From Burkholderiales bacterium (GTDB taxonomy: Bacteria > Pseudomonadota > Gammaproteobacteria > Burkholderiales > SG8-39): DNA of 31,543 nt. A program made the translations under genes and the position numbers. The stretch spans positions 1 to 31,543 of the forward strand of contig DATCWO010000076.1 of the NCBI GenBank assembly GCA_036566325.1. Direction: 5' to 3'. The notes below the pieces were generated by a model. The model was not told the DNA's origin, did not search any database, and saw only the letters and a list, made by a program, of their open reading frames with translations. Below, piece after piece: positions 9,629 through 19,193 of this stretch. Within the stretch, counting starts at the first letter, position 1. Each line of letters starts with the position of its first letter.

Positions 9629-12268
9629 TTAGCCGCCGGACGCCCGTTTGCGCGCCGGTGTTTTCTTCGCGGCAACTTTCCTGACTGCAGCGGTTTTTTT
9701 GGCCGTAGTTGTCACAGCCTTTTTCGCCGCTGGTCGTTTTGCCACCTTCAATTCCACTGCTGCTTCGATTGCGTCGTCGGCCGGCGCTGCTTTTTTCGCG
9801 GCTGTCTTGGCGCCCTTCTTTGCTTCGCGCGGTGCGAATTCAAAACCGATCTTACCGTCGGGCTGACGGACCAGGAAGGCCGAGAACGGCCGCCCCTTTT
9901 TGGAAATGAATCGGTGCAGCAAATCGGTCTTGCCGGTGCCAAGCAATTTAACGATTTGATCCGGCTCGATGGTGCGTTGCAGGATGATTTTTCCAGTGCG
10001 GAAATTGCACGTCCGTCCGGGGCCGACTGACTTCTCGCATACGTAGGCGAGTTCGTGATCGTAAACGTTGGCGCCGCATTTCGGGCACGTTCCCAACGCC
10101 GTCTTGCCGGAGAAGTCCACCGGCTCCGCATCGCGCTCATCCTGTGCCGATTGGCCAAAGTCGAGTTCCGTGGTGAAGTCGTCTTTCAACTTCACCATTG
10201 CAGCGAATGGGCGTCCCATGCGGCTGCGAAATCCCTGTAGCGGGCCGATCGACCGTTCGCGAATGAGCTGTTCGATTTCGTCATTTTCCATACGTCTGCT
10301 GGCGACGATTTTCCACAGCGCGAAGTCGCATTGTCCGCACTGAAATTTCTTGTAATTCTCGTGGATGGCGCCACCGCATTTGGGACACGGCGTGGTCAGC
10401 GTGGATAGCGGCTCGTCAATGCTTGTGCCTTGCTTGATCCGGTTTACCAGATCACTTGTGGTATCGACGATGTGGCGCATGAAATCCTGGCGCTGCAGCT
10501 TGCCCTGCTCGATCTGGCGAAGTTTGTATTCCCAGTCACCGGTGAGTTCGGGTGAACGCAGTTCGTCCACGCCGAATTTGGAAAGCGCGTAGATCAGGTC
10601 GAAAGCCTTGGCCGTCGGAACGAGTTCACGCCCTTCGCGACGCAGATAGTCTTCGAAAATCAGGCCTTCGATAATGGCTGCGCGCGTCGCCGGTGTGCCC
10701 AGTCCTTTTTCGCTCATCGCTTCGCGCAATTCTTCGTCGTCGATGAGCTTGCCGGCCCCTTCCATCGCCGACAGCAGCGTCGCTTCGCTGTATCGTGCCG
10801 GCGGCCGCGTTTGCAGGCTTTTCGCTTCGATTTCGATTGTCTGCGCCTTACCGTCCGGCACGGGCGCCAGGGTTGCGCTTTCTCCCGCCTCGACGTCGCG
10901 TCCATACACTGCGCGCCAACCCGCGTTCACCATCACACGTCCTTCGGTCTTGAACGGCTCGTCTTCCACGCGCGTGATGCGAGTGGTGATGAGGTATTCG
11001 GCGGCCGGATGGAAAACCGCCAGAAAACGCTTTGTCACGAGGTCGTACAGTTTCGCTTCGGGCTCGGACAAGTGCTTCGGCGCCTGCGTGGTCGGAATAA
11101 TGGCGAAGTGATCGGAAATCTTTTCGTTGTTGAAAATGCGTTTGTTGGGTCGCACCCACCCTTCCTTCAGCACGATCTGCGCAAAAGAGCCGTAACCGCG
11201 GCCGGTATCCGCTGCCTGCAGCATCTGGAGCGTTTCTTTAACCGTGGCCATATAGTCCTCGGGCAACGCGCGTGCGTCGGTACGGGGATAGGTGAGCACC
11301 TTGTGCTTTTCGTATAGTGCCTGCGCGAGCGACAGGGTCGCGCGTGCGGAGAAACCAAAGCGCCCGTTCGCCTCGCGCTGCAGGCTGGTTAGGTCGTAAA
11401 GCAGCGGTGGCGCTTCCGTTGACGGTTTCGATTCCTCGGTGACGATGCCGGGTTTGCCCGCGCACTTATTCCGGATGGCTTCGGCGCGTGCCTTATCCCA
11501 CAGTCGCTCGGCGCGCGCCTCAGGTTCGTCCGCCTTGCGCTCGAAGCGCTCGTCGAACCAGCGACCGGTGTACTCGCCGCCGCTGCTTTCGAATGTACCG
11601 TGCAATTCCCAGTAGTCGCGCGCGACGAACTGCTTGATGCGCTGTTCGCGTTCGACCAGGATGGACAGCGTCGGCGTCTGCACGCGCCCCACCGTAGTTT
11701 TATAGAAGCCGCCATCCTTCGAATTGAAAGCGGTCATGGCGCGCGTGCCGTTGATGCCGATCAGCCAGTCGGACTCCGAGCGGCAGGTCGCGGCATCGGC
11801 GAGCGGCTGCATCGCTTCACCCGAACGCAGGCGTTCGAATCCGTCGCGGATCGCCCCCTGCGTCATCGACTGCAGCCACAGACGTTCGATCGGCTTCTTG
11901 GTGTTCGCGTGCTGGACAATGTAGCGGAAGATCAGTTCGCCTTCGCGCCCCGCGTCGCAGGCATTGATGATGCCGGTGATGTCCTTGCGCTTAAGGAGCT
12001 TGACCAATAGCTTGAGCCGATCTTCGGTGCGCTCGATCGGCTGCAGGTCGAAGTGCGGCGGAATCACCGGCAAATGTGCGAACGACCACTTGCCGCGTTT
12101 GACCTCGTACTGTTCCGGCGCGGCGATCGCCAGCAAGTGACCGATCGCGGAAGACAGGACGTACTGATCGCTTTCGTAGTAATCGCCGTGGCGTGTGAAA
12201 CCGCCCAATGCACGGGCGATGTCCGCAGCGACGGACGGCTTTTCCGCAATGATGAGACGTTTGCTCAC
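9629..12268 (-). CDS. topB: DNA topoisomerase III (type IA, betaproteobacterial long form) with C-terminal Zn-ribbon-like repeats and Lys/Ala-rich tail
   Basis: IIAEKPSVA (TOPRIM), NACDAGREGELI, TVGRVQTPTL, catalytic LTYPRTD, GLGTPATRAAII, two CPKCG motifs. Confidence 0.93.
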   Translation of the reverse strand: MSKRLIIAEKPSVAADIARALGGFTRHGDYYESDQYVLSSAIGHLLAIAAPEQYEVKRGKWSFAHLPVIPPHFDLQPIERTEDRLKLLVKLLKRKDITGIINACDAGREGELIFRYIVQHANTKKPIERLWLQSMTQGAIRDGFERLRSGEAMQPLADAATCRSESDWLIGINGTRAMTAFNSKDGGFYKTTVGRVQTPTLSILVEREQRIKQFVARDYWELHGTFESSGGEYTGRWFDERFERKADEPEARAERLWDKARAEAIRNKCAGKPGIVTEESKPSTEAPPLLYDLTSLQREANGRFGFSARATLSLAQALYEKHKVLTYPRTDARALPEDYMATVKETLQMLQAADTGRGYGSFAQIVLKEGWVRPNKRIFNNEKISDHFAIIPTTQAPKHLSEPEAKLYDLVTKRFLAVFHPAAEYLITTRITRVEDEPFKTEGRVMVNAGWRAVYGRDVEAGESATLAPVPDGKAQTIEIEAKSLQTRPPARYSEATLLSAMEGAGKLIDDEELREAMSEKGLGTPATRAAIIEGLIFEDYLRREGRELVPTAKAFDLIYALSKFGVDELRSPELTGDWEYKLRQIEQGKLQRQDFMRHIVDTTSDLVNRIKQGTSIDEPLSTLTTPCPKCGGAIHENYKKFQCGQCDFALWKIVASRRMENDEIEQLIRERSIGPLQGFRSRMGRPFAAMVKLKDDFTTELDFGQSAQDERDAEPVDFSGKTALGTCPKCGANVYDHELAYVCEKSVGPGRTCNFRTGKIILQRTIEPDQIVKLLGTGKTDLLHRFISKKGRPFSAFLVRQPDGKIGFEFAPREAKKGAKTAAKKAAPADDAIEAAVELKVAKRPAAKKAVTTTAKKTAAVRKVAAKKTPARKRASGG

Positions 12269-12389
12269 AGCAGCTCTTTATGAAGGCGCGAATCGGCGAC
12301 GTGCACGGGTGCACGCTAAGGACTCTGCGACCGGGAATCGGTTCTTGCGTCGCACGGATTGCGCCGCAGTGTCGGCAAAGGAGCGCCGA

Positions 12390-12418
12390 AGTTTAAGGAC
12401 AAGCCCGAGGGCAGGCAA
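12390..12418 (-). promoter_or_regulatory. Candidate sigma70 promoter for topB
   Basis: Minus strand TTGCCT (12418-12413), 17-nt spacer, TAAACT (12395-12390). Confidence 0.6.
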
Positions 12419-12450
12419 GACGCGCTTATGCGAGCGCGCCTTGACCGGGA

Positions 12451-12909
12451 CTAATGGATATTACGCGGGCCACCTTCGGGTAGCAGTTCTTCTAGTACGA
12501 GCGTGTCGACATCACCCCGGTGCGTCCACAACACCAGGAGGATGATGACCTTGAGCTTGTCCAGACCCACCACATCATCGGGCAAGGCCATGGCGCGATC
12601 GAGAATCACCTCGCGCAGCGAGGGGGTGAGGATGCGCGCGCTTTCCAGAAAGGCGACGAAGCCGCGACCGTGGGTCGATAGCTTGGCGTACTCTTCATCG
12701 GTGTAGCTGCGAAACGAAGTGCCGAGTTCGAAATGCTCCGGGAAACCGGTTTCATGAGGGGGCGCCAAGCCCTTCAACCAGTCCAGCGCATCGCTAATCT
12801 CTTCGTCTTCAAAGCCGGCCGCGGTGAGTTTGCGCGCAAGCGTGTCGTGATCCGGATAAGCGTCGTTTTGGTAATAACTCTCAAACAGATAGACGAGGAC
12901 GTCGAACAT
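12451..12909 (-). CDS. smg: Smg / DUF494 family protein
   Basis: MFDVLVYLFESY...LTAAGFEDEEISDALDWL...GFVAFLESARILTPSLREVILDRAMAL; canonical position after dprA. Start set at ATG 12909 rather than ORF-track 12963. Confidence 0.93.
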   Translation of the reverse strand: MFDVLVYLFESYYQNDAYPDHDTLARKLTAAGFEDEEISDALDWLKGLAPPHETGFPEHFELGTSFRSYTDEEYAKLSTHGRGFVAFLESARILTPSLREVILDRAMALPDDVVGLDKLKVIILLVLWTHRGDVDTLVLEELLPEGGPRNIH

Positions 12910-12926
12910 TTGGATGCTGTGTGCTC

Positions 12927-14012
12927 CTAAGGTATGCGCTGATATCGGCCGCCAGGCAGACATGCGACCCTTCCGTCCAGCTCAAGTTCCAACAGGATCG
13001 CTGATACAGAATCGGGCGTCAAGCCGCTACGCAAACACAACATGTCGATACTGCACGGGTCATGACCGAGGTGCTGGAGTAGAGAATGATCGCTCGGAAC
13101 TTGCAGAGAATCGTCTTTTTTCTGCGTGACCGTTGTCTGCCATGCGCCGAGTTCTTCAAGCACGTCCTGTGCGCTGTCGACGAGTTTTGCGCCCTGTTTG
13201 ATCAGCGCATGACAACCTTTGGACAAGGGCGAATGGATGGATCCGGGAATCGCGAACAGTTCGCGTCCCTGCTCGCCGGCGTATCGCGCGGTGATCAACG
13301 AACCGCTCGACAACGCCGCTTCGACGACGAGCACACCTTTTGATAAACCGCTGATAAGCCGATTGCGACGCGGGAAATTGATCGATGCGGCTGCGGTGCC
13401 GAGTGGAAACTCGCTGAGCAATGCACCTCCTTTAGCGATCGCTTCGTACAATGCCGCGTTGCGCGCGGGATAACGTATATCGACGCCGGTTCCCAGCACG
13501 GCGACGGTCGAAGATGGTCCGCGTAGCGCGCCGCGATGCGCGGCGGCATCGATGCCTAGTGCCAGGCCGCTGACGACTGTCAGTCCTGCACAACTCAGCG
13601 CCGCGCTGAATTGTTCGGCGTTGCTTAAACCTTGTGCTGTTGCATTGCGGCTGCCGACGACCGCGAGCATCGGCCGAACAAGCAACTCAGCATTGCCCTC
13701 CACGTACAACAATGTCGGCGGATTGGAAATTTCCAACAACACGGCCGGGTAGCGCTCGTCCGCCAGTGTCAGAACATGATGATCGGGCTCGGCTGCCCAG
13801 GTGAGCGTCGCTTCGATTTGCCCGGTCGCATCGTGCGCGAGCAGGCGTCGGGCGAGTTCATCTCCGATGTGTTTGGCCAACGCCGGCCAGCCTGCCGCAA
13901 AAATGCGGGACGGCAGTCCGAAGGCTGATAACAGTTTGCGTTGTCCCTGCGGTCCCAGGCCGGGAACGAGGGTTAATCGAAGCCACGCTGCCAGTTCAGG
14001 ATCGCTGGACAT
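12927..14012 (-). CDS. dprA: DNA-processing protein DprA (Smf)
   Basis: LAVVGSRNAT, VVSGLALGIDAAAHRGAL, FPRRNRLISGLS, VVEAALSSGSLITA, AIPGSIHSPLSKGCHALIKQGAKLV, C-terminal winged helix LLELELDGRV. Confidence 0.98.
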   Translation of the reverse strand: MSSDPELAAWLRLTLVPGLGPQGQRKLLSAFGLPSRIFAAGWPALAKHIGDELARRLLAHDATGQIEATLTWAAEPDHHVLTLADERYPAVLLEISNPPTLLYVEGNAELLVRPMLAVVGSRNATAQGLSNAEQFSAALSCAGLTVVSGLALGIDAAAHRGALRGPSSTVAVLGTGVDIRYPARNAALYEAIAKGGALLSEFPLGTAAASINFPRRNRLISGLSKGVLVVEAALSSGSLITARYAGEQGRELFAIPGSIHSPLSKGCHALIKQGAKLVDSAQDVLEELGAWQTTVTQKKDDSLQVPSDHSLLQHLGHDPCSIDMLCLRSGLTPDSVSAILLELELDGRVACLPGGRYQRIP

Positions 14013-14087
14013 CGCATGGCCCCGGAACGATTGAGGAAGCGCCGATCAAGTGTTTGGGTTGTATCTGAAGCTTCCTGATTCCGAGAA

Positions 14088-14115
14088 TGTGCAAGGAGTC
14101 ATGTCTCCTTGCACA
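14088..14115. terminator. Perfect 11-bp stem-loop between the LysM gene and dprA (terminator or mRNA-processing element)
   Basis: TGTGCAAGGAG-TCATGT-CTCCTTGCACA, starting 8 nt past the LysM stop; only a weak U-tract (TTCTC) follows on the minus strand. Confidence 0.5.
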
Positions 14116-14123
14116 AGTCACCT

Positions 14124-15251
14124 TTAAGGATTGCTGACACGATCTCCGGGCGCCACCTGCCGTTCGGCCTGTACGATCAAGGCGTATGACAGGTTCTCGA
14201 AAACGCGAAACACCATCGCCAAACCGTAGCGTTCTTCCGGCAGCACCACCGGCTTTGGCCGTGCTTCACCCAAATACCAAGGGCCAACGCTGCGATCGCG
14301 CGGCAGAACCATGCCGCGTTGCAGCGCCAGCACGTGACCGGGTTCGATGCCGTCGCTTGCGCCCACGTTCAGCGTGATCATCGATAACGGACCGGCTTCC
14401 TCATAGCTGCCGTACACCGACTTGAGTCCATGGTCCTGCTTGCCCGAGTAGTAACTGGTGCGCGCATCGGTACGACCGTTGTACAGCGACATTACACGTG
14501 CGCGGATTTTATTCTCCGGCGCGTGCGGCACGTAATGGAAAATGCTCGGCGGTTCTGCCGCCACCAGGCGATCACCTTCGCCGATTTCGCGTTGCGCGGA
14601 AACGATTTTCAGTTTGGCGGGCTCGCCGGCTTTGACCACGCGTGCCGTACCCAGATAAATTGCCTCATAGCCCAGCGTTTCCTCGGTCTCGGGATCGACC
14701 AGCGCTGCGCCAGGCCGATAAACGTTCCAGACCTCTGCGGTCGAGTCGCCCAGACCTTCCACATATGCGACGTTTCCGACGCCCAGATTCACGCGGCCTT
14801 CTTCGGTCGCCACGATCCGCGGCGCCTTGTCGAGGCCATCCTTTTCCACCACCAGAGGCTGAGACAGGAACGGGTCAATCATTTTGGCCGGGATGGTCGG
14901 CACCGGTTCGGCGTCGAGCGACGTCTCGCGCACGCGGGGCGCAAGCGTGCCGTTTCCATCCGCGCGACTTTGCAGCAGCAGCTTCATGTTCGCGCGATCG
15001 AAAATGACGGTATCGCCGGGATAGATCCAGTGCGGGTCCTTGATCTGGGCCTTGTTCAGGCCCCAGATTTCCGGCCAGCGCCAGGGGTCTTTTAGAAAGC
15101 GACCGGAAATGTCCCACAGCGTATCGCCCTTGACGACCACATAGCGGTCCGGCGCGTCCGGTTGCACTTGCAGAACGTTGCCCTTCGCCGCCCAGGTGAC
15201 TGGCGCCGCCAGCGCAAGGGCGAGTAAAAGTGCTGTGCTAGACTTGAACAT
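14124..15251 (-). CDS. Secreted LysM peptidoglycan-binding protein (TsaP-like, type IV pilus secretin-associated; inferred)
   Basis: Signal peptide (...APVTWA), Lys[49 protein letters not shown]-terminal [14 protein letters not shown]; conserved location between def and dprA. Confidence 0.85.
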   Translation of the reverse strand: MFKSSTALLLALALAAPVTWAAKGNVLQVQPDAPDRYVVVKGDTLWDISGRFLKDPWRWPEIWGLNKAQIKDPHWIYPGDTVIFDRANMKLLLQSRADGNGTLAPRVRETSLDAEPVPTIPAKMIDPFLSQPLVVEKDGLDKAPRIVATEEGRVNLGVGNVAYVEGLGDSTAEVWNVYRPGAALVDPETEETLGYEAIYLGTARVVKAGEPAKLKIVSAQREIGEGDRLVAAEPPSIFHYVPHAPENKIRARVMSLYNGRTDARTSYYSGKQDHGLKSVYGSYEEAGPLSMITLNVGASDGIEPGHVLALQRGMVLPRDRSVGPWYLGEARPKPVVLPEERYGLAMVFRVFENLSYALIVQAERQVAPGDRVSNP

Positions 15252-15366
15252 AAAGGCCTCGATCCGATCTAAGCCCTGTAAAGGCTTGATTTGTCTTGAA
15301 CTGTGCGGGCAGTCTAAGACTTTTCATGACCAAAGCATATTCAACTATTTCACGCAGCAGGAATTT

Positions 15367-15870
15367 ATGTCGCTTCTTCCCATCCTTCGCTATCCGGATG
15401 ATCGACTGCACACCGTCGCGCAGCCCGTTGAGGTCGTGGACGACGAGATTCGTACATTGGTGCGCAATATGGCGGACACCATGTACGCCGCGCCGGGCGT
15501 CGGCCTGGCAGCGACGCAAGTGGACGTGCATAAGCGTGTAATCGTGATCGATGTCTCCGATACGCGTGATGATTTGCTGGTGTTGATCAACCCGGAACTG
15601 ATCGCGCGAGAAGGCGAACAGGAGTGCGAAGAAGGTTGCCTTTCCGTGCCGGGAATTTTTGATTACGTCACGCGCGCCGAACGGGTCATCGTTCGTGCGC
15701 TCGACGAAAACGGCCAGGTCTACGAGCGCGCAGCCAGTGGGTTGCTCGCCGTGTGTATCCAGCACGAGATGGATCACCTTGAGGGCAAGGTGTTTGTCGA
15801 ATATCTCTCTCGGCTCAAACAGACGCGTATCCGCGCCAAACTCCTGAAGCAGCAACGTCAGGTCGCTTAG
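15367..15870 (+). CDS. def: Peptide deformylase
   Basis: [13 protein letters not shown] and QHEMDHL motifs; start at ATG 15367 after AGGA (ORF-track start 15178 is an upstream extension). Confidence 0.99.
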   Translation: MSLLPILRYPDDRLHTVAQPVEVVDDEIRTLVRNMADTMYAAPGVGLAATQVDVHKRVIVIDVSDTRDDLLVLINPELIAREGEQECEEGCLSVPGIFDYVTRAERVIVRALDENGQVYERAASGLLAVCIQHEMDHLEGKVFVEYLSRLKQTRIRAKLLKQQRQVA

Positions 15871-15893
15871 CGATTCGGGCCGGCGCGCCGATC

Positions 15894-16817
15894 ATGCGTA
15901 TTGCCTACGCCGGAACGCCCGAGTTCGCCGTGCCCGCCCTGGAGGCGTTGATTGCGGCCGGGCACGAGATCGTCGGCGTCTGGACGCAACCCGATCGTCC
16001 GGCAGGTCGCGGCATGGCCCTCGCCCAAAGCGCGGTCAAGAAGGTCGCGTTGCAGCATCAACTCCCCGTTCATCAGCCGCTATCGTTAAGGGATGAGCAC
16101 GCCTTGGCGCCATTGCGTGCGTGCGGCGCCGACGCGATGGTCGTGGCGGCGTACGGATTGCTGCTGCCGGTCGCCGTGCTCGAGATGTTTCGGTACGGTG
16201 CGCTGAATATCCACGCGTCGCTGCTGCCGCGCTGGCGCGGTGCGGCGCCGATTCATCGTGCGCTGCTCGCTGGCGATCGCGAAACCGGTATCTGCATTAT
16301 GCAAATGGACGTTGGTCTGGATACCGGCCCCGTGCTGATGCGCGAGGCGATCGCCATCCAGTCGCAGGACACGACCGGCACCCTGCATGACAAGCTAGCG
16401 GCGCTGGGCGCGCGCATGATTGTCGCCGCGCTGCGGGGGATCGAAGCCGGTACGTTGCGGCCCGAACCGCAGTCCAATGAGGGCGTGACCTACGCCGCCA
16501 AAATCGCCAAGGCCGAAGCGCGCATCGACTGGCGCCAGTCGGCCGAGGTCGTGGCGCGGCAGATTCGCGCATTCAATCCATTCCCTGGCGCAAGCACGCG
16601 CCGGCGCCAAACCGATATCAAACTATGGCAAGCAGGTGTTGTAGCGGCGAGCGGCGAGCCGGGCGTTGTGTTGCACCTCGACGGCGACGTGTTCGTTGTT
16701 GCGTGCGGAGTTGGTGCCGTGGCGGTCGAAGTCGCCCAGCGCGCCGGCGGGAAACGCCTGCCGGCGGCCGAATTCGCGCGCGGATCGAGTCTCGCGGCGG
16801 GCGATTGCTTCGAGTAG
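15894..16817 (+). CDS. fmt: Methionyl-tRNA formyltransferase
   Basis: [59 protein letters not shown]. Confidence 0.99.
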   Translation: MRIAYAGTPEFAVPALEALIAAGHEIVGVWTQPDRPAGRGMALAQSAVKKVALQHQLPVHQPLSLRDEHALAPLRACGADAMVVAAYGLLLPVAVLEMFRYGALNIHASLLPRWRGAAPIHRALLAGDRETGICIMQMDVGLDTGPVLMREAIAIQSQDTTGTLHDKLAALGARMIVAALRGIEAGTLRPEPQSNEGVTYAAKIAKAEARIDWRQSAEVVARQIRAFNPFPGASTRRRQTDIKLWQAGVVAASGEPGVVLHLDGDVFVVACGVGAVAVEVAQRAGGKRLPAAEFARGSSLAAGDCFE

Positions 16818-16824
16818 CACAACA

Positions 16825-16851
16825 TTGAATTTTTTTGCCGCGCCGCAATCT
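16825..16851 (+). promoter_or_regulatory. Candidate sigma32 (RpoH) promoter for htpX
   Basis: TTGAAT, 13-nt spacer, CGCAATCT, compared with consensus TTGAAA-N13/14-CCCCATnT; htpX is a known heat-shock gene. Confidence 0.45.
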
Positions 16852-16894
16852 CAGGTCGTGGGCTCCGGGTTACGGAACGAGAGGAATAAAAGGA

Positions 16895-17743
16895 ATGATC
16901 GGAAACTGGATGAAAACGGGAATCCTGCTGGCGGGCATCGTGGCACTGTTCGGTGCCGTCGGCGGATTGATCGGCGGGCAGCAGGGCATGCTCATCGCGC
17001 TCCTACTCGGCGGCGGGATGAATATTTTCGCCTATTGGTTCTCCGACAAGATGGTGTTGAAGTTGTATCGGGCGCGCGAAGTCGACGAGACCTCGGCGCC
17101 GCAGTTCTACAACATGGTGAAAGAACTCGCGCAGCGGGCCGGGTTGCCGATGCCGCGTGTTTATCTGATTGACGAAGCACAGCCGAACGCATTTGCGACC
17201 GGGCGCAATCCCGATCACGCCGCGGTCGCCGCGACGACAGGCATTCTGCAACTGCTCTCGGCACGCGAACTGCGTGGCGTGATGGCACACGAACTGACGC
17301 ACGTGAAAAATCGCGACATTCTGGTTTCAACGATTTCGGCGACTGTCGCCGGCGCCATCTCTACGCTAGCGAACTTCGGCATGTGGTTCGGCATGAGCAA
17401 TAACAATCGCGAAGGCGGCGGCAACCCCATTCTCGCCATTCTGGTGATGATCATGGCGCCGATCGCGGCAATGCTGATCCAGTTCGCCATTTCGCGCACG
17501 CGCGAGTTCGGCGCGGATCGCGGCGGTGCCGAGATTTCCGGCGACCCGCATGCGCTTGCCGACGCGCTGGCCAAGATCGATCGTTATGCCAGGGGCGTGC
17601 CGATGGAAACCGCCGAGCAGCATCCTGCCACGGCGCAGATGATGATCATCAATCCGCTTTCCGGCGGTGGAGTGCGCGGCCTGTTCAGCACCCACCCGGC
17701 GACCGAAGAGCGCATCATGCGCCTGCGTGCGATGGCGCACTGA
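16895..17743 (+). CDS. htpX: Membrane zinc metalloprotease HtpX (M48)
   Basis: [16 protein letters not shown] (HExxH), [20 protein letters not shown]; start at ATG 16895 (MIGNWMKT) after an AGGA-rich RBS. Confidence 0.97.
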   Translation: MIGNWMKTGILLAGIVALFGAVGGLIGGQQGMLIALLLGGGMNIFAYWFSDKMVLKLYRAREVDETSAPQFYNMVKELAQRAGLPMPRVYLIDEAQPNAFATGRNPDHAAVAATTGILQLLSARELRGVMAHELTHVKNRDILVSTISATVAGAISTLANFGMWFGMSNNNREGGGNPILAILVMIMAPIAAMLIQFAISRTREFGADRGGAEISGDPHALADALAKIDRYARGVPMETAEQHPATAQMMIINPLSGGGVRGLFSTHPATEERIMRLRAMAH

Positions 17744-17769
17744 TCGCAAGATCGTCATTTACCCTCTTG

Positions 17770-17797
17770 AGCGCCGGTTCGTCCGGCGCTTTTGTTT
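17770..17797 (+). terminator. Intrinsic terminator after htpX
   Basis: AGCGCCGG-TTCGT-CCGGCGCT followed by TTTGTTT. Confidence 0.8.
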
Positions 17798-17850
17798 GGT
17801 AACAATCCGTGGCGTTTTGAAGTCGCAATGCCTTTGTTGAAAAACCGTGG

Positions 17851-17878
17851 TTAATGCTTCCGCGCGCACCGATATAAT
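17851..17878 (+). promoter_or_regulatory. Candidate sigma70 promoter for rsmB operon
   Basis: Perfect TATAAT at 17873-17878, weak -35 TTAATG (16-nt spacer), GC-only discriminator CGCGC. Confidence 0.55.
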
Positions 17879-17883
17879 CGCGC

Positions 17884-19143
17884 GTGTCTTACGCCCCACC
17901 CCTTGCCGAAACGCTCGCCGCCAGCAGTCGCGCCATTGCTCGCGTACTGAATGGCGAAAGTCTGTCCGAGGCGTTGCCAGCAGGCCGGCAGCCCGGCGTG
18001 CAGGATGTTGTCTACGGAACCTTGCGTGACTACGGTGTCGCCGACGTCATTCTTGCACGCTTGCTGCGACGGCCGGCCACCGATGTCGGCGTTCATGCAC
18101 TGTTGCTTTGCGCGTTGCGGGAATTGCGCCGTGATCGGGCGGCCGCCTACACGGTCGTCGATCAGGCAGTGTCTGCTTGCGTTGCGCTGGGATTCGGTAC
18201 GGCGAAGGGGCTGGTCAATGCCGTATTGCGCAATTACTTGCGCCGTCGGGACGAACTGGAGCGTCACGCGCTCGCCGGCGAAGTAGGCCGTTTTTGCCAT
18301 CCGCAATGGTGGATCGACCGGCTCAGGGAAAGCTATCCCGATAGCTGGCAAAGCGTGCTGGAAGCAGGCAACACGCATCCGCCGATGACGCTGCGCATCA
18401 ATCGCCGACGTGTCGAACGCGATGTCTACCTGCAACGGTTGCAGGCCGCGGGCATCGATGCTGATGCGATCGGCATGAGTGGCGTCCGACTTGCCCGGCC
18501 GATGCCAGTTGCGGATGTGCCGGGTTTTGCCGCAGGGGAAGTATCCGTGCAGGACGCCGCCGCGCAGTACACGGCCCCCTTGCTGGCCTTGGCCGACGGG
18601 CTGTCCGTGTTGGATGCCTGCGCCGCGCCCGGCGGAAAAGCCGGCCAGATACTGGAGACGGCCGATGTTCGATTGGTTGCGCTCGATCGGGATCGTGCAC
18701 GCGCCCAGCGGATCGAGCAGAATCTCGCCCGGCTCGACCTCGTCGCGGACGTGCATGTGGCGGATGCAAAAGACGTCGATGCATGGTGGGACGGTGCTTG
18801 CTTCGATCGCATTTTGCTCGACGCGCCGTGTACCGGCTCGGGCGTTGTGCGTCGCCATCCGGATATCAAGTGGCTGCGCCGGGAGTCGGATATCGCAAGC
18901 TTTGCCGTGCAGCAACGACAATTGCTGGACGCGCTTTGGCGGGTTCTCGCCCGCGATGGTAAATTTCTTTACGCCACCTGTTCGGTCTTCCCGGAAGAAA
19001 ACCGTTTGCAGATCACCGATTTCCTCACGCGGCATCCTGATGCGCGTCTATTGCCTGCATTGCTGCCGCGTGACGGACAGTTATTGCCCGATTCCGAGCA
19101 TGATGGGTTCTACTACGCCTTGCTCGAAAAAGCCCGAGGGTAA
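17884..19143 (+). CDS. rsmB: 16S rRNA m5C967 methyltransferase RsmB (Sun/Fmu)
   Basis: NusB-like N-terminus (KGLVNAVLRNYLR), HPPMTLRINRR, SVQDAAAQ, DACAAPGGK, LLDAPCTGSG, YATCS, HDGFYYALL. Confidence 0.97.
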   Translation: MSYAPPLAETLAASSRAIARVLNGESLSEALPAGRQPGVQDVVYGTLRDYGVADVILARLLRRPATDVGVHALLLCALRELRRDRAAAYTVVDQAVSACVALGFGTAKGLVNAVLRNYLRRRDELERHALAGEVGRFCHPQWWIDRLRESYPDSWQSVLEAGNTHPPMTLRINRRRVERDVYLQRLQAAGIDADAIGMSGVRLARPMPVADVPGFAAGEVSVQDAAAQYTAPLLALADGLSVLDACAAPGGKAGQILETADVRLVALDRDRARAQRIEQNLARLDLVADVHVADAKDVDAWWDGACFDRILLDAPCTGSGVVRRHPDIKWLRRESDIASFAVQQRQLLDALWRVLARDGKFLYATCSVFPEENRLQITDFLTRHPDARLLPALLPRDGQLLPDSEHDGFYYALLEKARG

Positions 19144-19193
19144 AAGTGCCGTTCATGGACGAACCAATCCGCTCGGTTGTACGCGATAACGGC

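Noticed and set aside
17851-19035. 394-aa minus-strand ORF
   Set aside because: Antisense shadow of rsmB.
19103-19189. MMGSTTPCSKK frame overlapping the rsmB 3' end as an alternative DUF4390 start
   Set aside because: It is not in frame with DUF4390 here and stops at 19189; it is an alternative reading of the rsmB terminal codons.
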